Of a stretch of 64,000 bases of DNA, positions 1 through 8,690 are shown in pieces (within the stretch, counting starts at the first letter, position 1; every line of letters begins with the position of its first letter). Under the pieces are notes generated by a model that had not been told where the DNA came from, ran no database searches, and saw only the letters and a list, made by a program, of their open reading frames with translations. The DNA is from an uncultured Acidobacteriaceae bacterium (GTDB lineage: Bacteria; Acidobacteriota; Terriglobia; Terriglobales; Acidobacteriaceae), in contig CAVTRJ010000016.1 of assembly GCA_963737035.1 (NCBI GenBank), forward strand, positions 47,783-111,782, read 5' to 3'. Position numbers and translations under genes: made by a program.

Positions 1-355
1 GAGGAGTTCGTCAAACTTGGGGATCAGAAGCCTGACGAACCAATGATTACGTACCTTGCACCTTTAGACCCTGTGTCATGCGCCTGCGGATCATCGCATC
101 TGTACGGTTCTTCAGATGTTATAGATGAGCAGTTCTCATTTTTAAATCCTTCGCCGGAATGAAATTGAGAGATGCAAATCGCTTGCCGCGTTTGCCCTTC
201 AATTCCACCACATAGACAAGATCGGAGATGGTGCTAACGCTGACGGACTTCTTCTCGTCGATTTCGATGACTTGATGCGCTCGCCGGGATTGCTTACGAT
301 AAACCGGCTTCTTGGTATCGATCAGTTCACCGATCGGAACACCTTAGCAAGTTCT
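1..355. other. AT-richer edge segment carrying only ORF fragments (plus-strand C-terminal fragment 1..162; start-less minus-strand ORF 119..343)
   Basis: Hand counts on 60-nt lines give roughly 37-52% GC, against the clearly GC-rich remainder. The minus frame GVPIGELIDTKKPVYRKQSRRAHQVIEIDEKK...KGKRGKRFASLNFIPAKDLKMRTAHL opens directly after a TAA and has no ATG/GTG/TTG near its start. I recognise no family. Confidence 0.2.
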
Positions 356-1339
356 CTAGCGGGAAGCGTCCTGCGTCAGGCGCTCCCAATTGCCGTGAGC
401 AAACAGCTCCTTCTCTTCAGGCGAGAGCGATGCTTCGTTCAAGAAGGATCGTCCCGCGCCGCCCGGCCGATACTGGTAGGGATAATCGGTGGAGAAGAGA
501 ATGCGCCCTGGTCCAACAATCTCAAGCGTGCGCTGCAGGTAAGGCTGGCTCCACATCCCACTTGGCGTCACGTACAAATTTTTCCGGATGTAGTCGGCGA
601 CGGGCTGTTGGAGCTTCGCGACACGCGCGAGTGAGTTGAGCCGTTCAAGATAAAAGAGAATCACCTCGCCCCAGTGACCGAGGATGATCTGCAGATCAGG
701 GTATCGATCGAAGATGCCCGCAAGCATCAACCGTACAAACTGGATGCCCGCCTCGTAGTGCCATCCCAAAGCGAAGGTCGCAAACGCGGTGTCAATCAAG
801 TCTCCAAATCCGGAGTAATAGACCTCCCTCACAGCGCGTTGCGGAATTTGCGGATGGATAAAGAGAGGAACCCCGAGCTTTGCAGCGGTTTCGAAGATAG
901 GCAGGAAGTCTGGGTGATCGAGGTTCTTGTCGCGCGTGCGGCCACAGAGCATCGCACCAGCGAATCCGAGGTGTTGCACGCTTCGCTCAAGTTCAAGCGC
1001 AGCATCTTCCGGTGCGGCGGTCGGCAACGTGGCGAAACCCCGGAAGCGTGTGGGATAGTTCGCTATCGTGGCGGCCACCAGATCGTTGGTGCGGCGCGCC
1101 AGAATGACGCTCTTTGCCGGTTCGAGATTGTGCAGGGCTGGCGTGGTCACGGAGAGAACCTGTACATCGACTCCGCTCTCGTCCATCAGCGCTATGCGCC
1201 CTTGCCCGAGATCGTCTAGTCGTTCTTCGATCTCTCCCAAATCGAACCTGGCCGTACCCTCCTGCCCGATCGCAGACGCTGCCCATGCCGCACGTATCTC
1301 AGCGGTTAAAAAGTGTTCTTCAATTGCAATCAGCTTCAC
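356..1339 (-). CDS. Amidohydrolase-2 (ACMSD-like) family metal-dependent hydrolase
   Basis: 327-aa ORF with a GTG start. It has the KLIAIEEHF N-terminus, an internal FIHPQIP and a C-terminal FSTDYPY, all typical of TIM-barrel amidohydrolase_2 enzymes. Third positions are strongly G/C biased. Confidence 0.75.
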   Translation of the reverse strand: MKLIAIEEHFLTAEIRAAWAASAIGQEGTARFDLGEIEERLDDLGQGRIALMDESGVDVQVLSVTTPALHNLEPAKSVILARRTNDLVAATIANYPTRFRGFATLPTAAPEDAALELERSVQHLGFAGAMLCGRTRDKNLDHPDFLPIFETAAKLGVPLFIHPQIPQRAVREVYYSGFGDLIDTAFATFALGWHYEAGIQFVRLMLAGIFDRYPDLQIILGHWGEVILFYLERLNSLARVAKLQQPVADYIRKNLYVTPSGMWSQPYLQRTLEIVGPGRILFSTDYPYQYRPGGAGRSFLNEASLSPEEKELFAHGNWERLTQDASR

Positions 1340-1382
1340 AGTTCTGTCTCTTTTCTCTGATCAGTCTGGCGGAGAGGTGGGT

Positions 1383-1997
1383 TTATTTCGCACGCCATAA
1401 GCGAGTCAGCGGACCGCCCGCGCCTTCGAGAGGATCGGTTGGCGGGAAGGGCAGCGACGCCATCCTCGCGGTAGCTTTGGCGTCTGGCGCGTTCCGGCAA
1501 ATATCCCAGGTCTGCCCGCGCGGATAGGCCCCGACTACGAGAAAGTCGGCGCTCTCCTCTAATCGGCAATGGCCTGTTCCGGTCGGCAGCACGGCGAGAT
1601 CACCGGCGCGAACAACAACCTCGTGACCGCCAGGGCCGCCCAGCATCAGCCGTGCCTCGCCGCCTGCGAAGCCGAGTACCTCGTGCGCGGTCGAATGGTA
1701 GTGATGGAAGTCGTAGACGCCGTTCCGCCACTGCGCGGGCCAGCCGTTGCGCTCAAAGATTTGCTCGAACTGCAGAGCCGCATCATCGCCCGCGGAGTGC
1801 ATCACACCGCGATAAAGCAGCACCGGAAGGTGCTCGTTGTTCGGCATCCAGCCGTTGCGCGAGAGCCGCAGAATTTCCGGATCGCGTGCGCCGCCGCTGC
1901 CGCCGCCGGTGACCTCACCCTCGCGCGCATCGGCGAATGCCCTGACGGAACCAAGCCCCAGCGCACCGAGCATTGCTGTGAAAGCACGTCTATCCAT
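1383..1997 (-). CDS. Cupin-domain protein with Tat-like signal peptide
   Basis: ORF 1383..2015. The ATG at 1997 is preceded by GGAGGG about 8 nt upstream. The signal is [22 protein letters not shown] and the cupin core is [12 protein letters not shown]...[12 protein letters not shown]. Confidence 0.7.
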   Translation of the reverse strand: MDRRAFTAMLGALGLGSVRAFADAREGEVTGGGSGGARDPEILRLSRNGWMPNNEHLPVLLYRGVMHSAGDDAALQFEQIFERNGWPAQWRNGVYDFHHYHSTAHEVLGFAGGEARLMLGGPGGHEVVVRAGDLAVLPTGTGHCRLEESADFLVVGAYPRGQTWDICRNAPDAKATARMASLPFPPTDPLEGAGGPLTRLWRAK

Positions 1998-2080
1998 TTT
2001 CTGGTCCCTCCGCATACAGCTTTGGACTCAGCCGGTGGCATCGAGGCTGCACGAAGTCAGTCCAGAAGCCGGAGAATCGC

Positions 2081-2692
2081 TTAACGCTCTTGCCGCGAGC
2101 GAAATCGCGCGACCTTGTTGCGGTTGCCACAGGCTTCCATGCTGCACCAGCGACGGCGATGCGCTTTGGTGCGGTCATAGAACCACAAAACGCAGTCCGG
2201 CCCTTCACAGGCTCGCACCAGGTTGAAGTCCGCCGTCGCCAGGAACTCCGCAGCAGCCTCTGCCAACGGCGCCAGCAGTGCCTCAGGCGTTGGCGCTTCA
2301 TACTGGCGCACGACCGAGAGACCGGCCGCCTTTGTCCTGCTCAATTGACAATGGCTGCTTCCCTTGGCCAGGAACTGGTTCAGCGGCTTCAGGTCCAGTC
2401 GTTCCACATTGAGCCGTTTTTGCGCCTTTCTCGCGGCCACCAAGGTGCGGACGATATCCCGCAGCCGGCGAGCGGCTGCGAGCAGTTCCCCGCGCCGGAA
2501 ATGCGCAGCGGTTTTCGTTTCTGTCAGACCGGTCCGGCCCAGCCAGGTGAGCACGTCATCATCGCTCTGCCATACGTCCACGAGTTCGCTTTCGAGGCGC
2601 ACAATCGTGTTCAGCAGGTCCATCGCCGGATGATCGCCTATGAAGAGCGCGTCGACGGGCTGCGAGGCAGAACTTGCAGCCGGTCCAGTCAT
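2081..2692 (-). CDS. CGNR zinc-finger (ABATE-domain) putative transcriptional regulator
   Basis: 203-aa ORF ending in CSMEACGNRNKVARFRSRQ, the CGNR zinc-finger signature. The N-terminal part resembles the ABATE stress-induced regulator domain. Confidence 0.8.
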   Translation of the reverse strand: MTGPAASSASQPVDALFIGDHPAMDLLNTIVRLESELVDVWQSDDDVLTWLGRTGLTETKTAAHFRRGELLAAARRLRDIVRTLVAARKAQKRLNVERLDLKPLNQFLAKGSSHCQLSRTKAAGLSVVRQYEAPTPEALLAPLAEAAAEFLATADFNLVRACEGPDCVLWFYDRTKAHRRRWCSMEACGNRNKVARFRSRQER

Positions 2693-2761
2693 ATGGGCCT
2701 TTCGCCGAAATTTACTTCGATCTTTTGAGTCTCGTTCACCCTTCGCTCCATCTGAGTTTCA

Positions 2762-2792
2762 GTAACCTGTATAAATTAATTATACAGGTTAC
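2762..2792. promoter_or_regulatory. Perfect 12-7-12 inverted repeat GTAACCTGTATA-AATTAAT-TATACAGGTTAC, candidate operator
   Basis: Read directly from the sequence. It lies in the divergent intergenic region between the CGNR regulator (-) and the alpha/beta hydrolase (+), and is AT-rich in a GC-rich genome. Confidence 0.6.
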
Positions 2793-2844
2793 GCAGGCCA
2801 AGCGAGTGCTTGCAGTCATCAAACGAACACCCAAAGGAGTCCAC

Positions 2845-3750
2845 ATGCCGATTTCCGTATCGTCCGCCACCGCCGCTCCCACTGAGAAGTATCTCTCCAT
2901 CCACTCGGTCGAAGTGGATGGTCTCAAGCTCTTCTATCGCGAAGCCGGATCTGCCAATGCTCCGGTGCTGCTGCTACTGCACGGCTTCCCGACCTCGTCG
3001 CTGATGTTCCGCGAGCTGATGCCGCGCCTGGCGTCCAACTACCGCGTGATCGCACCCGACCTGCCTGGCTTCGGCTTCACCGAAGTGCCACCCGAGCGGA
3101 AGTACACCTACAGCTTCCAATCGCTGGCGACGACTATCGACGCGTTTGTCGAAAAACTTGGCCTAAGCCGCTTTGCGATCTACATCTTCGATTACGGCGC
3201 GCCGGTCGGATTGCGGCTCGCCCTGGCGCATCCGGAGCGCATCACCGCCATCGTTTCGCAGAACGGGAACGCATACGAAGAAGGCCTTGGCGAAGCAGCG
3301 TGGAACCCGGTGCAGAAGTATTGGCGTGAGCCTACGCAGGAGAATCGCGATGCACTGCGCGCATTCCTGACGCTCGACAGCATTCGCTGGCAGTACACCC
3401 ATGGCGTACCGCAGCCGGAGCGCGTGGCGCCGGAGACCTATACATTGGACGCGGCTTTGATAGCGCGGCCCGGCAATCAGGAGATTCAGCTCGATCTCTT
3501 CGGCAACTACGCCACCAACGTGGCGCTCTATCCTGAGTTCCAGCGCTACTTCCGCGAGCGCAAGCCGCCGCTGCTTGCTATCTGGGGCAAGAACGATCCC
3601 TTCTTCATTCCACCGGGCGCTGAGGCTTATCGCCGCGATAATCCCAATGCAACCGTGACGCTGCTCGATGCTGGACATTTTGCGTTGGAAACGCATGTGG
3701 ACGAGATCGCTGCGGCGATCGATGAATTTCTGAGTCGAAGCGTTCGCTGA
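2845..3750 (+). CDS. Alpha/beta-fold hydrolase (epoxide hydrolase / haloalkane dehalogenase-like)
   Basis: ORF 2674..3750. The ATG at 2845 is preceded by AAGGAG. Motifs: LLLLHGFPTSS (HG oxyanion-hole motif), the nucleophile-elbow region IYIFDYGAPVG, and C-terminal DAGHFALETH. Confidence 0.8.
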   Translation: MPISVSSATAAPTEKYLSIHSVEVDGLKLFYREAGSANAPVLLLLHGFPTSSLMFRELMPRLASNYRVIAPDLPGFGFTEVPPERKYTYSFQSLATTIDAFVEKLGLSRFAIYIFDYGAPVGLRLALAHPERITAIVSQNGNAYEEGLGEAAWNPVQKYWREPTQENRDALRAFLTLDSIRWQYTHGVPQPERVAPETYTLDAALIARPGNQEIQLDLFGNYATNVALYPEFQRYFRERKPPLLAIWGKNDPFFIPPGAEAYRRDNPNATVTLLDAGHFALETHVDEIAAAIDEFLSRSVR

Positions 3751-3783
3751 CCGGCAGGCCTGACCGGCAGCCTGAATCACAGT

Positions 3784-3813
3784 GGCTCACGCTCATGACG
3801 ACGAGCGTGAGCC
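3784..3813. terminator. Bidirectional hairpin GGCTCACGCTC-ATGACGAC-GAGCGTGAGCC between convergent genes
   Basis: 11-bp perfect stem seen in the sequence, between the hydrolase stop (3750) and the serine-hydrolase stop (3828). Confidence 0.55.
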
Positions 3814-3827
3814 GCTATATCTTTCGT

Positions 3828-5813
3828 TCAGATTCTCGCCACAGGTCCGATCACATTCCAGTGAATGGCGAACCAGCACAGCACCGCACACGCCAGGGCG
3901 ACCAGTGAATACTTGACCTTGGTGATGCTCCGCAGCTCAGTGCGCCAGATCCGGACTCCCGAGATGATGGCGAAGACGCTCAGCAGCAAGGCCAGCGCTG
4001 TTACTCCGTTGATGAGATAGAGGTACTTGTTCCATGCCGCGTTTGGGGGCATGAGGTCATCGCCGTTGGCAGCGAAGAAGATGAAAATCGTTGCAAACAT
4101 GGTTACCCAGATCCATGCTGCAACCTGGGAAGCCAAGGGCAGCCAGCGCGTTCCCGTCTGCGGTGCCGGCCTGGGCCGCTTGCGCAGGAAGATCCTTCTG
4201 GCCAGCCGGCTCAGCGATGCCGCGATGACCATTGCGAGCACCAGCAGGCTGGCACCGACGACCACTGAAACGAATCGATCGTTTTCATACCAGGTCACGC
4301 GCTGCGCTTGCACGCCAGGAAAATCGCCGGCAAGCCGCGCGATCTCCCCCTCGCTATTCCGTATGGCGAAGAGCCGCCGCTGGCCGTCTATCTCCTGCCA
4401 CAGGTCCTTGTTTATTGGCTTCCATTTGATGGTGTGGCCACGCAGATCTTTTGTGTCAGCGACCTGCAGGACGCCATCTTTGTTGACGGTTGCCGTTCGC
4501 TGTTCAAAGAGGTTTGCAAGCTTTAGCTTGGTGCTGTCGGAGCGTCGCGTGCTCTCGTAGGTTCCTTCGATTGCTTGCAGCTCCTGGCGCGGCAGCCGAA
4601 TGAAGCTTTGTTTGGTGTCTGCAGGGAAATAGCGATCGGAAAACATGTTGATCATCTCGGGCCGCGGCTGCTCAGCGCCGCCGGCTGAGTTGTAGGAGAT
4701 GAAGAGCACAACCTTTTGCGCCGGTTCCACGAAGAACAAGCTATGGAACGCAATCAGGTCGCCCTCATGACCAATCCAGCGCAGATTGTTGCGCCATGTC
4801 TGATAGAAGCCCATGCAGATCGGCGGCATCTGATCGCTGGCGCGGAACTGCGGGGTCCACATGGCTGCCAGCGTCTCCGGCTTCAGGATGCGCGCGCCGT
4901 CCAGCTCGCCTCCGTTCAACAGCGCAGCGCCAAAGCGCCCCATGTCAGCAGCCGTTGAGGAGATTCCGCCGGCGCCCACGGGATTGAAGATCTCGAACCC
5001 GACAGGCGGCTTCTCCGTGTTCTGGCGGTATCCCGCAGAGGGCGCATTGGCTAGCGCTTTGGGCGGGGGCTGGTAGAAGGTCGAGTGCGTCATGCCCAGC
5101 GGCGCGAAGATGTGTTTCTGCGCATACTGCTCGAAGGGCTCGCCGCTCACACGCTGCACAATGTAACTCGCCAGCCCCACGCCGTAGTTGGAATAGGCAG
5201 GGACCGTACCCGGCGCGAACAATCGCTTCGGTTGGTTTGCGATCAGAAAATCGCGAAGGGAAACGGCCATTTTTGGATTTGTGAGGATGATGTCGCGGCT
5301 TTCTTCTTCGAAGCCGCCGGTATGGGTCATCAGATTGCGCAAGGTCACCGGCTTTCCGAAGGCCGGCGCGATCTGAAAGTCCAGATACTTGTTCACGTCG
5401 GTATCGATGTCCAGCTTGCCCTGTTCCTGAAGCTGCATCACGGAAACCCAAGTAAAGAGCTTTGAAATCGAAGCGAGACGGAAGATCGTCGTGTCCGGAT
5501 CAACGGGCTTTTTCCCTTTCACTTCCGCATACCCGTATCCCTTCTTCAGCAGAATGTCCCCGTCTTTCATTACCAGCACAGACGCGCCCGCGATATCGGA
5601 CCGCTCCAGCTGCATCGGAACGATGCCATCGAAAAACGACTCGAGGTCGGCCGCCGTGAGGGGATGGCTGTTTGCCGGAATTGTAGGCACCTGTTTCGCC
5701 CCTGCGCGCTCGGTCTGCGGTGCCGGCGGGACCACGCTTTTCGGCACCTGCGCCGGCGCTGAGAGCAGGGCCATCAAGGCCACAGGAAGAGCTGAGAAGC
5801 GAAACAGTGACAC
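3828..5813 (-). CDS. Beta-lactamase-fold serine hydrolase (class C / PBP-like) fused to a C-terminal 4-TM domain
   Basis: ORF 3828..5888. The preferred GTG at 5813 has AGGAG 6 nt upstream and gives the signal peptide SLFRFSALPVALMALLSAPAQ. The SxxK motif is ASISKLF. The C-terminal ~190 aa contains four hydrophobic helices. Confidence 0.75.
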   Translation of the reverse strand: MSLFRFSALPVALMALLSAPAQVPKSVVPPAPQTERAGAKQVPTIPANSHPLTAADLESFFDGIVPMQLERSDIAGASVLVMKDGDILLKKGYGYAEVKGKKPVDPDTTIFRLASISKLFTWVSVMQLQEQGKLDIDTDVNKYLDFQIAPAFGKPVTLRNLMTHTGGFEEESRDIILTNPKMAVSLRDFLIANQPKRLFAPGTVPAYSNYGVGLASYIVQRVSGEPFEQYAQKHIFAPLGMTHSTFYQPPPKALANAPSAGYRQNTEKPPVGFEIFNPVGAGGISSTAADMGRFGAALLNGGELDGARILKPETLAAMWTPQFRASDQMPPICMGFYQTWRNNLRWIGHEGDLIAFHSLFFVEPAQKVVLFISYNSAGGAEQPRPEMINMFSDRYFPADTKQSFIRLPRQELQAIEGTYESTRRSDSTKLKLANLFEQRTATVNKDGVLQVADTKDLRGHTIKWKPINKDLWQEIDGQRRLFAIRNSEGEIARLAGDFPGVQAQRVTWYENDRFVSVVVGASLLVLAMVIAASLSRLARRIFLRKRPRPAPQTGTRWLPLASQVAAWIWVTMFATIFIFFAANGDDLMPPNAAWNKYLYLINGVTALALLLSVFAIISGVRIWRTELRSITKVKYSLVALACAVLCWFAIHWNVIGPVARI

Positions 5814-5900
5814 GGTGGGCTCCTGAAGTTTGCGGGATGTCGATTGGGGGTGAGCCATTCTAGCAACCGTCCCCAGAAATGCGGGCACTGCTGTACGACA

Positions 5901-6302
5901 ATGGAAGTGATGACTGGCGTCCGCACCGGTGTCCGTATAGACAAGTGGCTGTGGGCAGCGCGCTTCTTCAAGACCCGCGCGCTGGCCGCCCGCGCCTGCG
6001 AGCTCGGCCGCATTGTCTCCAACGGAAACGAGGCGAAGCCGTCACGCGAGGTCCACGCGGGCGATCGCCTGCACATCCGCACAGAAGCAGGAGACTTCCA
6101 TGTGGAGGTGCGCGCGGTCAGCGAAATTCGTGGACCGGCGGCCGTCGCGCAGACGCTTTATCACGAGACGGACGAGAGCCGCGAGCTTCGCCAGAAGCTG
6201 GCCGACGAACGGCGGGCCGCGATGCAGCAGGGCCTGATCCGCGAGGGCAAGCCATCGCGCCGCGATCGCCAGGAGCTGAACCGCATGCGCGGGCGCTTGT
6301 GA
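5901..6302 (+). CDS. hslR: S4-domain RNA-binding heat-shock protein 15-like (ribosome-associated)
   Basis: RIDKWLWAARFFKTRALAARACELGRIVSNGNEAKPS closely mirrors the Hsp15 S4 domain, and the C-terminal tail is basic. The start is ambiguous (5901 or 5910). Confidence 0.75.
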   Translation: MEVMTGVRTGVRIDKWLWAARFFKTRALAARACELGRIVSNGNEAKPSREVHAGDRLHIRTEAGDFHVEVRAVSEIRGPAAVAQTLYHETDESRELRQKLADERRAAMQQGLIREGKPSRRDRQELNRMRGRL

Positions 6303-6344
6303 TATCGCTCTTCTGGGAAGCAGGCGTTGCGATATGCTGCCGGA

Positions 6345-6881
6345 ATGATGATCCGTGCAGCGTTGCCCGGCGACATTCCGCATGGCGATATTCCACACAT
6401 TGTCGCCATCGAGCAGATCCCGGAATTTCGCAGCTACATCGGCTCCTGGACCGCCGAGCAGCATCGTCGCGCGATGGCTGATCCAGATACGGAGTACTTC
6501 GTTGCTTCCGGCGAAGATGGCACCGTGCAAGGCTTTGCGATTCTGCAGGGAATCCAATCCGAGCACCACTCCATTCTTCTCAAGCGGATTGCCGTCCGCA
6601 CGCCGAACCGTGGGATTGGCAGGCTTCTGCTGGATCACGCGTTATCGCGGGCGTTCCAGCATCATGGTGCGCACCGGTTTTGGCTGGATGTCTTCGAGAC
6701 CAATGGACGCGCGCGCCGCGTGTACGAGGCATACGGTTTTCGCTACGACGGCGTGATGCGCGAGGCGATCCTGCTCGACGGCGAATACCACACGCTCGCG
6801 CTCATGTCGCTGCTCGACCGCGAGTACACGGCTAGTCAACAGCGTGGCGCAGATGCGGTTACCTCCGCTCTTCGCTCCTGA
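6345..6881 (+). CDS. GNAT-family N-acetyltransferase
   Basis: The acetyl-CoA binding region is RIAVRTPNRGIGRLLLDHAL and the C-terminal motif is ARRVYEAYGF. The start is taken at MMIRAAL. Confidence 0.75.
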   Translation: MMIRAALPGDIPHGDIPHIVAIEQIPEFRSYIGSWTAEQHRRAMADPDTEYFVASGEDGTVQGFAILQGIQSEHHSILLKRIAVRTPNRGIGRLLLDHALSRAFQHHGAHRFWLDVFETNGRARRVYEAYGFRYDGVMREAILLDGEYHTLALMSLLDREYTASQQRGADAVTSALRS

Positions 6882-6969
6882 CGCCTCATACTTTCCCGCG
6901 CTTCTGCCGATAAATACCGTGGCGGCGCTTCCCCCACGCTCGCCCATCCCTTTCGAGCGGAGTCTTCGC

Positions 6970-7866
6970 GTGTTTGCCATCCTTGGAATACTTGTCGTTT
7001 TCGGTGCTGTACTGGGTGGCTACCTTATGGAAAAGGGCAACCTGCTGGTGCTGGTGCAACCGGCGGAGTTGCTCATCATCGGCGGTGCTGCCCTGGGCAC
7101 GCTGCTCATTGCCAATCCGATGCACATCCTCAAAGGCATCGCCTCCGGCGTGGGCGCGGCCTTCGGGTCCTCGCGTCACGGCAAGGCCCGCTATCTGGAG
7201 ACGCTGCGCATGATGTTCGGCGTGCTCACCAAAGCGCGACGCGAGGGCAACCTGGCCATCGAGCAGGATATCGAGGTGCCGCAGGAGAGCAAGCTGTTTG
7301 CGGAGTTTCCTGCATTTCTCAAGGACCACCACACCCGCGATTTTGTCTGCGACACACTGCGCATGATGATCACCGGAGGCGTCGAGGCTTTCGACATCGA
7401 CCAGATGATGGAGCTGGACATGGAAGTGCAGCACCACGATGCGAACCTACCCATCTCTGCACTGACCACGGTTGCGGATGCGCTTCCCGGCCTGGGCATC
7501 GTCGCCGCGGTGCTCGGTGTCGTCATCACCATGGGCGCGCTGGGCGGGCCGCCGGCAGAGATTGGTCACAAAGTCGCGTCTGCGCTGGTGGGCACCTTCC
7601 TCGGAATCCTGCTGTGTTACGGACTTGTCGGTCCGATCGGCGCGAAGATGTCGAAGTCCGCCGACGAGGAGCGCTGCTTCACCCACGTCTTGCGCGTGCT
7701 CATGCTCTCTGCTATCAAAGGCACCCCTCCGCAGATCGCAATCGAAATCGGACGCCGCGCCATTCCACTGCACGTGCGGCCCACCTTCGCCGAGGTGGAT
7801 CAGGTCTGCCGCGGCGGCGGTGTACCTGCCGCACCGGCGGAAGGTGATGAAGGGAAGGCCGCATGA
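6970..7866 (+). CDS. motA: Flagellar-type stator protein MotA (MotA/TolQ/ExbB proton channel)
   Basis: The GTG at 6970 has GGAG 8 nt upstream and gives a 298-aa protein. The N-terminus ILGILVVFGAVLGGYLMEKGNL and the TM3/TM4 region ALPGLGIVAAVLGVVITMG...ALVGTFLGILLCYG fit MotA. The 3' end overlaps motB by ATGA. Confidence 0.8.
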   Translation: MFAILGILVVFGAVLGGYLMEKGNLLVLVQPAELLIIGGAALGTLLIANPMHILKGIASGVGAAFGSSRHGKARYLETLRMMFGVLTKARREGNLAIEQDIEVPQESKLFAEFPAFLKDHHTRDFVCDTLRMMITGGVEAFDIDQMMELDMEVQHHDANLPISALTTVADALPGLGIVAAVLGVVITMGALGGPPAEIGHKVASALVGTFLGILLCYGLVGPIGAKMSKSADEERCFTHVLRVLMLSAIKGTPPQIAIEIGRRAIPLHVRPTFAEVDQVCRGGGVPAAPAEGDEGKAA

Positions 7867-8669
7867 CCACGCAGCCGCTCACTCCGCCTCGCCCCATCAT
7901 CGTCGTGCGCAAACGCGCGCCGCATGTTGCGCATCACGGCGGTGCGTGGAAAGTCGCCTATGCCGATTTTGTAACAGCGATGATGGCCCTCTTCATTGTG
8001 CTCTGGCTGATGAACTCGAGCGACCACATGCGCAAGGCCATCGCGGGCTACTTCAACGATCCTCGCGGCAGCTCCAGCACACCAGGCACGGATCGCGCGG
8101 GAGCGGGAGATGCTGTCGCGCTCTCCCGCAACGATTTGCGCGATTTGAAGGCGCGGCTGGAACAGCAGGTCACCAACAATCCGGCTTTGGTGAAGCTCAA
8201 GAAGCAGATCGAGATCACGATCACGCCCGAAGGCCTTCGCATCGAACTCATCGAATCGCGCGACGGGACCTTCTTTGAGACGGGAAGCGCCACACTCAAT
8301 GAGAATGGCCGGACGACGCTGGCGCTGCTGGCGCATCAGTTAGAGCAGGTGCCGAACTTCATCTCGGTTGAAGGCCACACCGACGCCCGTGCCTATGCCG
8401 ATGCGAACGGCTATGGCAATTGGGAGCTCTCCGCCGATCGCGCCAATGCAGCACGCCGCTTGATGGAGCACGCCGGCCTGCGCGGCGGACAGATCTCTCA
8501 GGTCCGCGGCTTTGCCGATCGCCAGCTTCGCGTGCCCAGCGATCCGCTCGATCCTTCGAACCGCCGCATCTCCGTCATCGTTCACTATCTGACACAGACG
8601 CCAGCGCTCGAGAACGAGGGCAGCGCAGCGACCGCGCAGCAGGACGGCACCGCTGGCGGGCCCGCATAA
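7863..8669 (+). CDS. motB: Flagellar-type stator protein MotB (OmpA-like peptidoglycan-binding domain)
   Basis: WKVAYADFVTAMMALFIVLWL contains the conserved channel Asp. The C-terminal OmpA-like region is VEGHTD...NWELSADRANAARR. Confidence 0.85.
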   Translation: MTTQPLTPPRPIIVVRKRAPHVAHHGGAWKVAYADFVTAMMALFIVLWLMNSSDHMRKAIAGYFNDPRGSSSTPGTDRAGAGDAVALSRNDLRDLKARLEQQVTNNPALVKLKKQIEITITPEGLRIELIESRDGTFFETGSATLNENGRTTLALLAHQLEQVPNFISVEGHTDARAYADANGYGNWELSADRANAARRLMEHAGLRGGQISQVRGFADRQLRVPSDPLDPSNRRISVIVHYLTQTPALENEGSAATAQQDGTAGGPA

Positions 8670-8690
8670 GCCTTGCTGTGGAATGCGCTG

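Noticed and set aside
6970-8669. The possibility that motAB is a Zorya-type (ZorAB) anti-phage module.
   Set aside because: The MotA-like protein has an ordinary ~298-aa length, without the long C-terminal tail of ZorA. No ZorC/D-like or nuclease/helicase genes follow.
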